In this document: positions 24,901 to 35,985 of the stretch, in pieces
Layout: each line of letters starts with the position of its first letter
Numbering within the stretch: position 1 is the stretch's first letter
From: Amoebophrya sp. A120
Lineage: Eukaryota > Protista > Dinoflagellata
Direction of reading: 5' to 3'
Length of the DNA: 64,000 nucleotides
Assembly: GCA_905178155.1 (NCBI GenBank)
Contig: CAJINV010000002.1
Coordinates: 1,919,216-1,983,215, forward strand
Notes under the pieces: generated by a model
What the model was told of the DNA's origin: nothing
What the model saw: the letters and a program-made list of their open reading frames with translations, nothing else
Databases searched by the model: none
Program-made: the position numbers and the translations under genes

Positions 24901-25912
24901 CTTTCGTCTCCATAGCCGCCGCACACTCTTCGTCTTTGATCTTGGGAAACAAAGTTTTGCAGGCGGCTTCGTCGAGGAATCTGCTCGTCTGCTCGAAATC
25001 GATTTCGGCGTTTCCCTCTGTGGTCCTCGAAGTCGTGCTGGAAACGCTGGTCTCGTAGATCGCAACACCTCTGTCAAGGAGTTGGGGCTTCAGAGCTGTT
25101 TTGGAATGGTGTTGGGCTGCTGTTGTTGCATCGGCGCCGCCAGTCCCAGTAGACGATGTTGAAGCGGCTGCAGCACTTCCGAACCACGACGTGCTACTTG
25201 TCCCATCTTGACTGGTGCTGCTGCTGCAGTAAACCACGGTGTAAATTTTCCGAGCGTAAGTAGGATCTGGTTTAGAAGTTGTACTGGTGACGACTTCTTT
25301 GGAAGTTGTGGTTGCTGTTGTCGAAGTCGCGGCTTGCTGTTGGTCCTTATTCTCAGGAGTCTGCCTGGCCTTGTCATTCGCAGGAGTTGTCTCCTCCACT
25401 TCCATCACCAAATCATCCGGGTCGATCGGGAGCATGAAGCACGAGCTTGTCATGCCAGAAGCACTAATACTGCCACCTCCAGCTCCAGCGTAGTTCATCA
25501 TCGCATTATCTTCGTACGACCCAGCGTTTCCCTCGGAATCGAAGATCCCGAAGTTCAGCCCCACCGTCGCCCGGCTGCCGCATCCCCAGGGCGAGCAGTG
25601 CTGCAATGGTTTGAGAAAAAGCACCTCATTAGACGGCTTCGAGAAGGCCACTTTGAAGTAGGAAGACGAGGTCGTGAGCAGCTGTTGGGGCTGGGTCGCG
25701 TCGGATGGTGCTGTTGAAACTAGTTCGATATCCGCGGAGAAGCTAGCTCCGGTCGATGGCGTCACCGTGTTTGTCTCGGTTGTCGAGATGTTCGAATCGA
25801 CGAGCAGGGGGAAGAAAAAACCTAGGTGCAGCAACACAGCAGGCGAAAAATAACCCAGCATGTTTCTTCTAGCTTGGCGCCGTCCTGGCGGCGGCGACAT
25901 CGTGTCAGCCAT
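15987..25912 (-). CDS. Large (~2285 aa) predicted type-I membrane protein with a nucleoredoxin/tryparedoxin-like thioredoxin domain; 14 introner introns
   Basis: Signal-like AVLLHLGFFFPLLV; Trx fold VVILYFAYTGCPCCQRFTPQLAEWY...EIVFVAHD...MPWYMLP...IKRYPTLLMID; TM FGVGILAFIFSAVALWRY in exon 16683-16746. 9926 nt minus 14 elements and TSDs (3068) = 6858 nt = 2286 codons. Confidence 0.75.
16463..16682. mobile_element. Introner family C (220 bp)
   Basis: TIR tatgacagtgcacaac..ccctccccctcatttgt; TSD gttct/gttct. Confidence 0.92.
16747..17006. mobile_element. Introner family A (260 bp)
   Basis: Family A TIR; TSD cgaag/cgaag. Confidence 0.92.
17076..17396. mobile_element. Introner family D (321 bp)
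   Basis: TIR tatcgtaaggaaaaatc..ccccatat; TSD tgctc/tcctc. Confidence 0.88.
17967..18225. mobile_element. Introner family A (259 bp)
   Basis: Family A TIR; TSD tgctc/tgctc. Confidence 0.92.
18838..18989. mobile_element. Introner family B (152 bp)
   Basis: Family B TIR; TSD gcatg/gcatg. Confidence 0.88.
19169..19442. mobile_element. Introner family A (274 bp)
   Basis: Left end catc (variant); TSD aacct/aacct. Confidence 0.9.
19579..19805. mobile_element. Introner family C (227 bp)
   Basis: Left end gataagagtgcac (variant); TSD gaggt/gaagt. Confidence 0.85.
19921..20073. mobile_element. Introner family B (153 bp)
   Basis: Family B TIR; TSD cggga/cggga. Confidence 0.9.
20636..20788. mobile_element. 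Introner family B (153 bp)
   Basis: Family B TIR; TSD tcggt/tcggt. Confidence 0.92.
21678..21940. mobile_element. Introner family A (263 bp)
   Basis: Family A TIR; TSD acgaa/gcgaa. Confidence 0.88.
21993..22202. mobile_element. Introner family F (210 bp)
   Basis: Family F TIR; TSD gccgt/ggcgt. Confidence 0.88.
22289..22435. mobile_element. Introner family B (147 bp)
   Basis: Family B TIR; TSD atcgg/atcgg. Confidence 0.92.
22529..22737. mobile_element. Introner family E (209 bp)
   Basis: TIR tatcccacgaaaaaactgtttcactgtga; TSD tcggt/tcggt. Confidence 0.92.
22835..22984. mobile_element. Introner family B (150 bp)
   Basis: Family B TIR; TSD cggtt/cggtt. Confidence 0.92.
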
Positions 25913-26699
25913 TTTTATTTTCGCCTGCGTTTATTAGTTGTAGCAGCATGAAAGCCGCCGCACAACAAAGTTAAAGAGGTTTAGGTTTACGTCGAAGTTT
26001 AATATATCGAAGCTGCAGTGCCACGACTGAACAAAGGGGTTGCTCGACGTCGGGCGTTTGAGGAGTAGCGACGTAGAAGTAAATGCATTTTTTTCTCGAA
26101 AAGCTATAGAAAAAAAATCCGTCTACGCTGGTTTTCAAACTAGCAGTCGATTGGCCACAACTCGATCACTATGCGGAGCTTTTACAGCACCTCAAGATGA
26201 GCGCTGAAGTACGCAAGAGCAACTTTTTTGTGCAACCGACGCGAAATAGCAAGACGAGTTCGAGGAGCATCATTGGTCGACAATTTATTGTGTGCGCAGA
26301 TGAACTCTGAAATACGATCACGATGGCCCACACGATGACGATTACGAGAAGGAGTTTGTTTTTATTATTTCTCAGACGAAGTTCCACGATGAGGGTGGCC
26401 ACGACCCAAATGAGCGATGCCTTTTTTAGTATTGAATAACAGAGCGGCATCGAGTATAGCGCGCTGCTGAGTATATACATCAACGTGTGAGTTTTCTTTT
26501 GTTCTGCGTCTACGAAAATGAAAAAGACATACTTAGTGCACTGAGGCTTCCGGTGAGCAATACGCGTTTTTTCAAGCTGCGAACACAAGAACGCTACCTC
26601 GTTTGCTTTCAAGCTACGAAGCAAGGCGCGCCTCCTTTGGCTTGTGAAGACGCGTCTCGCGCAGGAAGAAAGCAACACCGCTGCTGAGACGATGAAACG

Positions 26700-28040
26700 C
26701 AGGACACACACGGCGGGCCCCCTACTATGAAAGGCCGCCGACCGTGGGTGGGGAACTGCGCACAGGCTGTGCTACCTGCGACACGAATTTTTTTGCCAGC
26801 CACGACGCTAGTAGCACACGCGACAGACCCAACAGGGGCCGCGCGCCAACTTTCCATTCCGAGGGAGCGGGGAAAAAGCCGGCGGCGAGCGCGCGCAACA
26901 CAATGAACCACGCGGCAACAGACACCGGGCAGCCCCGCCACGAGACTGAGAACACAGCCGGCCGCGCAGGCGCTGCGGCCCCATGCTCAATTAGCAACAC
27001 ACGACCACGGGCCCGCCCGCCGGGCAAAACTACGGCAGCCACAACGGGGGCAATTTCCGTCGGGGCGGGGCAGGCGGGGGGCCGGCCAACGAACATGGGC
27101 GCGGGCCGGTGGCCTGGCTCGCCCCGCCAAGCGGCCCGCCCTGGCCCTTTGCAGGCAGGCACACGGGCCCACCTGCAAGTTGACGCGCCGGGCTTGCCGA
27201 CACGAAAAACACAGCACCCAAAGACTGGACAACCGAGGCGCACGCTTTCCGCTCTCGTCCGTTCCGAAGCAGCCAGGCCGGCGCCCCCTGCCGCAGGTTC
27301 TGCCGTTTGACAGCTGAAAAATCCCCGGCATGCACGCCCCCCCGGCGCTCGCTGGCACGCAGGCAGGCGCGCCCCCCGCCCCCCCGCGCGGCGCCCGGGG
27401 CCCCCCCTGCGCCAGCAAAGAGGGGAGGCGGGGCGGGCGCCGCGCGTGCGGCCCCCACAAAGCCCGTCGCCGACGCGCGGGCGCGCGGCTGCTACGCCGC
27501 GGCGCCCCCGTGCTTCAAAATAAACGGCAACACCAAAGGCCGCGGGCGGTCGGCCCACGGACCAAACCACATGCCGCGCAGCACGGGCCGCCAAGCACCC
27601 CGGGCCGGCGCGCCGGGACCGACAGGGAGGCCTGCCGGCCGGGGGGGGCCAGGTCGAACCGGCCGCGCCCAGTTCGGGCTTGTGCCTGCGCCGGGCCACG
27701 GTTCTGGCATGGGGTCCGCGGCGATGGGGCGGCTGGCCATGTTGCGCACGGAGGGCAACAGAAACGCAATGCGCGCCGCTTTCCGGTGCGGGGCCTGAAG
27801 ATAGAAAACGAAGGCCCCCCGCCGAAGCATCTGCCTGCAAGCAAATGCGTGCGGCCCCGGAGCGCCCCCAGAAGCCGCCGCCCAGCACGGGCCGCACGGC
27901 GTCGCGCCAGGGAAACCAGCCACGGCCTCCGCCCGTGCCTCCGCCTCCCCATTGGTTCGCAGAAATTGCGAGGCCCGGCGGCGGGCGCCGACTTGCTCTG
28001 TGCGCTTCAATGTATGGCGCTGCTCCTGCTGACGACAAAG
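26700..28040. other. GC-rich non-coding intergenic island
   Basis: Same composition; upstream of the thioredoxin-domain gene; boundaries approximate. Confidence 0.6.
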
Positions 28041-28379
28041 ACGCCTGTACCTATGCGTGCTGCTACGTACGCCTGAGGAGAACGAAGAACAAATCCGATT
28101 TATTCAGCGAGAATTGGTCGCGCACGTCACCTGACCGGGTATTGGCGTAAGTATGATTGCCAAGCTGGTTTCCTTTTTTCTACGCGATCTTGTTGCACTT
28201 TCATCTTACTTGTATAGATTTCTTCGTCCCTCTTGCCAAGAGGGACGAAACGGAAAATATTTATTTCACTCCACGCCGGAAGATACGATTCCTAGCGCTC
28301 CTTCTTGTTCTTATTCACTCGTCCTCATGCGCCATTTTTAGTTACCGATGATCGCCGCACCAACAAAACCACCCTCTAC

Positions 28380-31300
28380 CTACGTCGGCAGTGGGCCGTG
28401 CACGCAATACGCGGGTAACGGACCACGGTCGTTATGTGATGTTGAAGCCACTTTTGGTGTTGGTAAGCCGTTGTCTGCACCAGCTGACTCACCACCTCCT
28501 ACCGTCGAATTGCTCCCCGTGGTCGTTGATGAAAGAGACCTTCCACTTCCGCCATGCTGAACTCCCGCTGCTCTACTCTCCGCACTCGGGGAAACGAGTG
28601 ACAAGTACAACTTGAACAATTTCCGGAACTCCGCCTGGTCCACCGCGCCACCGCTAATTTGGTGCCCGTGCTCCAGCAAGGCGCGGTCACAGACGCGGCA
28701 AGCGGTTTCCATGTAGTAGGGGCTGTACCGCGGTACCACCCAGTAGTAGCTTCCTTTGCTGAAAACGACTTCCGCACCCTTGTACGCCTGTCTGGGAGGG
28801 TATGGATTGGAAGTTTTCGTCCATCGGGGTTGTGCGCATGCAAAATGGAGGAATAATTTTGCCACCATTTTGGAGCGATTCTTGTGTCTGTTTCTGAAGC
28901 AGCTACTTACTTACAACGTCGTCGGCAAGAACAGCAGTTTCATCTGTCATGCGCTTTGCACTTCTAGCACTTGGACATGCACAGCGTACAACGACGAAAA
29001 TTTCCACTACATAGTGTTTCCCCCCAGCCGACTCCGTGCATGTGGAAGGTGCGCCGCATCCAGGACCAGGGTTTCTTGTCCGTGTCGGAAAAGGCGTTGT
29101 AGAGACAACGGAGGTGCGCGTTGCTGGGTTGATTTAGATTTTCACCACCAGATGTCGTGCTCGTCGTTTCTTGTACAAAGAACGGCGGTATTCCGACGGC
29201 CTTGCGCAAGTAGTTTTCGTAGTTCCAAGCGAGGTAGTGTCCACAGGAAATTTCCCGTACACGTACAACTACAAATGCAGTCTCTGCATGACAAAACTTG
29301 CCTTCAATCCTAGTCTAGCATGACAAGTTGGACACTGCAAGATTAGCGGAATTTGTCATGCATTTTGTACATGTACGGAAAATTCTAATTCACATTGCAT
29401 AGGTAGTCTTTGGTCTCAGAGTTCGCGTGGATTCTCTCTTCCACAAGGGGAAGCGGATCCGCGGATGATAAAGCAGGGTCAACAACTCCACCACCAGGCG
29501 CAGGCGCTCCCGGTAGTACAGCCGGTTGTTGTATTTTCACGACTGGCGGAACCCAAAAAGACAATTTGTCCAAGTCTTTCGCGTTTTGCTTCGTTTTGAC
29601 ACTGATCCCGGTTTTCGTCGTGCGGTGGTGCGTGAGTCCGACGGAGGGGTAGAGGGAGGAGACCCTGGTCAGAGTCTCTTCCTCGTAGTGGTCGTAACTG
29701 GACTTGACCAACATTGCGATCCTCTGGGCCGCCTTGTCCGTTCTTTTTTCTAACTCAAACAGAAAGTGCTTCAGCCCCGGGCCCGTTTCGAGATAGGCGA
29801 TGTGCCGATAGAGCTTTTCCTTTTGTTCTTGCTCGGTTTTCGCAGTAGAAGTAGTTGTTGTACCTGTGCCCGATGCTTGTTGATGATCATGTCCTACCAC
29901 TTCCAACTTCGGCAATTGTCCACTCTCCGTTTTCTCCCAGGGCCACGCTAAATGTTCGTGATCCTTCTCGTACTGCTTTACGTTCTGCCGCATTTCCTTC
30001 CCCGGGTCGATGCCATGGTAGGTGAGAATTTCCGTCATTTCGTCCGCGTAGTACTTGCGGTTGTCGATCCTGGGATTACCCGTTTTCTTCCGCCCAAAAA
30101 GTGCGGGGCTGTTACCGTTCATCATGATTGGATACCCCGTCTTCGCGTTTACTTTCAGCTTGTCAATAATGAAACTCACAATCGTGTCCCAGCCGGACGT
30201 CAGCCGCTCAAACGACATGTACGGGATCAAGTAGTACTCAAACACACGTCGACTGGTCATCCACCCCAGGCCACCAAAGTGGTTCTCGCGAAACACGTAA
30301 AGCGCGTCGTGCCGGGAGTTCCTGTTTTCTGGTGTGGTCCCACTCCCGGGTGCAGGTCGTGCGGAAGTGGAACTCAAATCCCGGATGTTTTTCGTGACCT
30401 CCAAGCCGTTGTCGTTCCAAGCGGAAACGGAAATCAAAGAGTAGTCCTCGTCCATAACCGGGATCAAATTGCGGAAAAATTTATCTTATACTGTGCAAAA
30501 GTATCGTACTAGTTCTGCTACTAGAAATGGCATTACAAATTTTTTCCAGATGGTGGAAAATGGAACTTCTCATGCTGAATTGGCTAAGAAACCGATTCTG
30601 TCATGCTGTACTGCAAGTCGTAGTAGTACGACTACGAGTACGATACTTTTGCAATTCATATATCCAAAGACACCGACACATCCAAGTCATCCTCCATATG
30701 GAGTTCTCAAATGTTACATTCTCAGCTGTTACATGATTTGTCATGCAAAACTACCTTAAGCCGACAGATAATCAAGCTGCTTCGCATGACAAATCTCCGA
30801 AGGACTCAACAGCACCTAAATCTGTGCCAGATCTGTGATGCGAAAGCAGGAAGCTGGCCCCTTTGACTGTTGCCATTCTTGCATCACAAATTCATGTAAC
30901 AGTTGAGAATGTAACGTTTGAGAACGCCATACTCCAAAACCGCAACATGATCGTAGAAGAGAAACAGCAACCCCAACGCCCACATGTAGTAGATGTGCAG
31001 CCGCACGTGGATCACCGACCATAAATGTTGGTTGGGTTTTGCAAGGGATTTCGCGTTCGGGCCGGCATCGGATGTTATGTGGTAAAACCCGTTCTTCTGG
31101 TCATTCCAATATTCTGAATTCAAAGCCGGGAAAACCGAAATGCCCCCCGCGTTTTTCATTTTTCTAATCCCGGTGCAGGGTTCCTGGTGCTGGGTGAGCA
31201 CTAACGCGTCCATCACTGGCGGGGGCTTGCCATGTGGTTTGTTTATTTGCGGTGGCGAAGGTCTACTTGGGGGCGCTGGCGGTGCTGGGGGTTTGGGCCG

Positions 31301-33275
31301 AGGTTGTGGGTTGTTGTTCGCCTGATGAGCAACGCCAGGAGTCCCTGCTCCTCGTGGGACTTGTGCATGCTGTTGTATTTGATGCGTTCCGGTTAGTTGC
31401 TGCACGCTCCGCGTTTCTGTAAAGGAGGACGGCGGAAGGGCTAGATCAGGTACGCCACGAGGTAGTTGTATCGGAGCTGCGGCTTTCGCTATAGCAGCTT
31501 CTCTCTGGGACTGGGAAACAACGTTCTGACTATGCTGCTGCACATGGACCACCGCGGCGCCTATCAAATGCAAAAATGTCTGGGTCTGGGAGATTCCGAG
31601 ATTTGTCATGCAGTTTTTTCAAGCTCCCCCACGTCTGGAATGCAGGGCTTCGCATCACAGGTTCTGCAGCTCCTTGGTAATGCGTATTCTGCATGAGAAA
31701 TGCCCAGTCAGCATGGCCAGAAGTCGGCACCTTTTGCACGTTCTGCATCACAGATCTTTGTAGGATCCGAAACACGCATCACAAGTTCCAGACCCAGACA
31801 TTTTTACATTTGATAGCGCCCTGTGTGTGTTTGTGTGAGTTGTGGTAGGCCGCCTGCTCCGGGGACTGGTAGGTAGAAGCACCGCTTGTAGCACCGACAC
31901 TGAGTCTTCTTGTTGCAGAAGATGTAGCGGAAGACGATGTTAATGGGCCTGCACGTTGCTCCTCTGCGCCGCTGCTGTCAACGTGTGATGGGTGCGAGGT
32001 TGTACTAGCGGTTGCAGAGCCACTTGGTGATGTGTTAACACTACTGTCGTTCGGTTCAGACCTACTTGTTTCCATATCATGTTCACCTTGATGTTCCTCC
32101 TCCTCCTCTAGTCTCCTACCGCTACCTGTTTTCCCCGTCCCCGCATAGTCCTGAAACACCCCATCCGGGAGAAACGACACAAAGTTCACGTCCTTGAACC
32201 GCGGACACGCCGGGTCGTTTTGGGAAATAGCTTCGGGTTGACAACGCGTCAACATCACGTAGATATCGGACGGAGGCACGTTCTGCTTGGTCACCAAAGA
32301 TTCGACTTGGTCCGCAATGACGTGAAAGCGGTCGCAGCCGGTGATAATCATGTACGCGAGCTGCTTCCGGGTTGATGTTGATGTTGAGGATTGGGATTGT
32401 TCTGCAGTCTCAGAAGGTTCGCCGCTCGCTATGGGGTTCGCTTCCAAATATTTTCTCCTCACCTCGCTGTCTTCAGGCAGATAAGCTGCGGTGCGAATCA
32501 CCTTGTTCAGTGATTTTCGCGCTTCCTGCTGCGCTTTAGTTGTTCCTGCTGGGGGCTCGTTTTCGGGTGGCTCGGTAATTGGGGGCGCAGACGTTGCTGC
32601 AGCTGTTGCAGCGGTAGTATCAGCAGTGGTTGATGTAGAAGAGGTGGATGCTGTGCTGCTTTTCTTTTTCAGCAAGGAAGTCGCGGTTGTTCCGCCACTC
32701 GTGGTCGCGACTCCCGTAGAAGTCCTGCCCGTAGTACTCACCACTGGCACTTCAACAAGCTTTGTTGTTGGCTGGGCTGCGTCCACCAAAGGATTTGTGA
32801 TGCCACCAGCTCCAGAAGATGACAACTTCGGCCTCGCAGCATGACGCAACTGCTCATCCTGCTCCTTATCCTTTGTAGCTCCATGCAGTTGGCTACCAGC
32901 AGTGCGAGGATTTTGATCCCAAAATAAGGTCGTCCGGCGAAGGCGGAGGTCGGAAGAGGGACTGGATGAACCGGTGCTGCTGCTGCTGCTGCCCCGATTT
33001 ATTTTCTCTGCAGTTCTACCATGCGCGCCGTCCTTGATTAGCTCCTGGTCTCTACTCGTCGACCACGAGGAAGCTGAAGATGTTGAACCGGCCAGGTTGT
33101 TGTATCTGCTCTCCCGTCGCAAGACCAAATCGTGGTCGAAACGGAGCTTTGTAGAGCTGTAATACAACGCCACGGAAACGAGGAACAACCTGGACATGAT
33201 GTTGGCGCTGAGGGCGGGACAGACCAATGGCACTACTGTTGTCGACGTAGGGTTAGCAGCAGCAATAGTGGACAT
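28380..33275 (-). CDS. GT13 family N-acetylglucosaminyltransferase (GnT-I/MGAT1/POMGNT1-like), ~1276 aa; 5 introners
   Basis: VAVLEDDLDVS, SLISVSAWNDNG, RENHFGGLGWMT and PRQAYKG motifs; N-terminal membrane anchor. Spliced length 3831 nt = 1277 codons. Confidence 0.85.
28801..29013. mobile_element. Degenerate introner (213 bp)
   Basis: tatggattggaagttttcgtc vs revcomp end tatgtagtggaaattttcgtc; TSD decayed; element+5 restores ETPRQAYKG. Confidence 0.75.
29238..29401. mobile_element. Introner family J (164 bp)
   Basis: aaatttcccgtacacgtacaa / ttgtacatgtacggaaaatt; TSD ggtag/ggtag; left end tgtc variant. Confidence 0.82.
30487..30660. mobile_element. Introner family B (174 bp)
   Basis: Family B TIR; TSD tatct/tatcc. 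Confidence 0.88.
30697..30931. mobile_element. Introner family I (235 bp), inside the EDD motif
   Basis: ~40-bp TIR tatggagttctcaaatgttacattctcagctgttacatga; TSD ctcca/ctcca. Confidence 0.92.
31562..31815. mobile_element. Introner family A (254 bp)
   Basis: Family A TIR; TSD gcgcc/gcgcc. Confidence 0.92.
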
Positions 33276-33699
33276 AGAAGTGCAAGTGAAGTCGCTCCTG
33301 AACTTTTCATCAACAAGTGTGTTTCAATCGGGTCGGCAGTTGCAGTTGAGCAACACTTTGCGTGGATTTGCGTTGAAAATGCCTCTGCTCTATCCATAAG
33401 ACGTCGGGGGGCGACATTTTTCAAAAATGACCATGCACGAGCTGCGACAGGTGACGCTGAACCTGAAGCCACATGATGTGGGGACGAGCAAAATGCCGCG
33501 ACATATTGTGGATACTAATCCAACTAGTACATAGATACGGACCGACTCAACGACGTGGCGCAAAGGGGTTCGGGCCATTACTTAGACAGAAAAGATGGGC
33601 TCGCCAGCTGCCAGCACCGGACGACGGCACTAAGACATCGCCCCCTGTTGATCTTGGAGCACCGAACACCTCTAGGCCAAAAAGGAGTGCTAGACTGCT

Positions 33700-35050
33700 G
33701 GGTTACCGGACGCCGGCGTGCGGCGGATCAACACGGAAAACGAGCTCGCTGGTCGCTGCGCGCACTGAAGGCACACGTCGAACCACGCCAGCAAACAGAG
33801 ACACGGACGCGGCCGCCCGGATGCACGGTGGGGCGCGAGACAATCGGCGCGGGCGTGCAAAGGCGGAGAACCCACACCACCGGGCCCGCCCAAGGGAAGG
33901 GGGGCACAACGACTCACCCCGGTGCCCGGGCCGGGCACGAAGACGGGGGGCCGCATTTGCTGCGCGCCTCGGGGGGCCGGGCCGGCCTATTTATGACCCC
34001 CAGGCCCAAAGCCGGCCGCCCACGCCATGCATCCACGCGGCGCCGCCTTCCAGCGCAAAAAGGGCGGGCCTCCTTGGGGCAATGAGGGCAGCGCCGCCAA
34101 CTTTGGCGGCCGACGCCTTCGGCGCGCAAATATATGACGCGCGCCGGAGCGGGCGTGCCGGCAAAGGACCTGCGAAAAGCGCGCGGAACACACTGCAGGC
34201 CGGCGGGGCCGGGGGCAGGATGGGGCAGACGGCGAAAGCGGCAGCGGCTGGCGTAGCAAAATTTTGGCTCGTTCGATTTGCTGACCGCACGGAGCGCGCC
34301 TGCTGGGGCGCGCCAGCGGCTTCGATTGCTAGAGGAAACGAAGGAAGGGCCACGCCAGCAGCTTCTCGGACGTTGGGTTTTTTTTGAAAGGGCGACGGGA
34401 CACGCTGGCGCCAGGGCCGAGCAGCCTAACAGTAACGGCGTCGGCCCGGGCGCAACACGGAAACTGCGGCGGGCCCCCAACACTGAACGTCGCCCGCCAA
34501 GGCTTGCCCGCTGCCGCCGCGCCTTGCCGCTTTGCGGCCCAGTGCGAAGGCCCCCGCCCCAAAGAAACCAGAGGCGCCCGGGCAAGGCGGGCGCCTCTTT
34601 TTTGGCTTTTTTTGAAGGCGCAGGCCCAAGGTTTCGGCCCCCCGAGCACCTTCGCCCTGTGCGTCTCCTCAATGGGGTGGCGCTCGCCTTTCCGCTCTTT
34701 TGCGCATGCCTCGCGCTCTCTCTTTCACGGGCACGACTCGCACCACCCGGCGCGCCCATCGACGACTCTTGGATCGCCATCGCGGAAGCTGCTGGGCTGC
34801 AAAATCTGGCCACTGCAAACAGGTTGTCCGACTTACGTAAGCCCGTCGCTATTTGCTTTGCGGGAAAGTTGCTGGGGCTCAGCAACAACGTCGCCGCGAA
34901 CGGCTCTTGGGCGATTGGCTGGCCATTGAAAATCCGCAGAGTTATGGGCCCAACTAAGTCTAGAGGGCACCAGGGGCGGCCATGGGGCCCCAGTGCAGTG
35001 GGGACGCGCGCCCACCCTGCACCGCCGCGCTTTCAACAGACCGCCGCTTA
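33700..35050. other. GC-rich non-coding intergenic island
   Basis: Same composition; upstream of the GT13 gene; boundaries approximate. Confidence 0.6.
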
Positions 35051-35985
35051 GTTATCATTTCGTTGAACAACCGACCACGCTAGCAGCAGAACAGGTAGAA
35101 GACGACACTTGGTTGAACAAGCCTGCAAGCAAATCTAACTCTCGCGGTTTATCTCCGAGTCTTGCACAAGCGACCCTCTTGCGCCACTGACTCGTCAAAA
35201 GACGATTTTCGTATGAGTTTTGAAATGTTGATGGTTTGTGAGTCAGATTCTTCAGAAGTACAAAGCATTACAGGATCTTTTGCCCGTTTTTTTGTCCTCA
35301 CCGCGTCAAGAGTTGACGACGACCTTTGATGTTGCTCGACAAGGATAAAAGAAAAGTAGCGTAGTTTCTTCACACAGAGCTAGTACGAGTTAGTAGGTGG
35401 GGCTGGTCGGTATCAAATAAAAGGCACCGCCACAGTCCATATCCAATTGCACATGGTAAATCAATTGCGTGCGTGCTTGTTCGGAAAATTAGGGTTTTAT
35501 AAACTTCACAATGGAGTCGAGAGACAAATTCGTAGTTGCGCAGGACAGTAATTGCTAAGCGAAAGCGTGCACTTGCTCTGAAAGAAACAGCGACCACTTA
35601 GCGCTCAACAATTTGAATTTCCGACCGCAACATCGATCCTCTCTTCTTGGACTCCCGGTTTTTGACATGTTGGCTTGCTGCTGTCTTTGGCAAAACAAGT
35701 CGAAACATGAAAAGAATTAGCGGAATTATATACGTCGAAAATAGTCAAGGTGTTGTATTTAGCGGCGCAAATTCAAATCTAAAACTAAGACATAGCGATG
35801 GAAATAAACTAAGTGCATTAGCGAAGAAAGCATACTTAGGTCTACCTTTACTTTTGCCACCACCTCCTTTATCAAGCTCCATGAACTTATTGATGCTAGG
35901 GAAGCTCGTCTCGTCATCTCTTCATAACACCAGATAAACCTCAACCAGAGCTCCTGCTGCACCTCCTCTTATCCGATACTACAAA

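Noticed and set aside
26725-28150. Long overlapping Arg/Gly/Pro/Ala-rich ORFs (up to 437 aa) in the GC islands, also at 1692-2549, 11045-12407 and 33473-35051
   Set aside because: They are open in most frames because stop codons are rare at high GC; no domain motifs are recognisable.
34251-34270. gcgtagcaaaattttggctc resembles the dinoflagellate spliced leader CCGTAGCCATTTTGGCTCAAG
   Set aside because: Partial match with indels, lacks the terminal AAG, and lies on the strand opposite to the genes; likely chance.
33620-35055. Possible terminal inverted repeat around the fourth GC island (actaag...ctgttga)
   Set aside because: The match is too short and gapped, with no TAT/ATA end or TSD; not called as an element.
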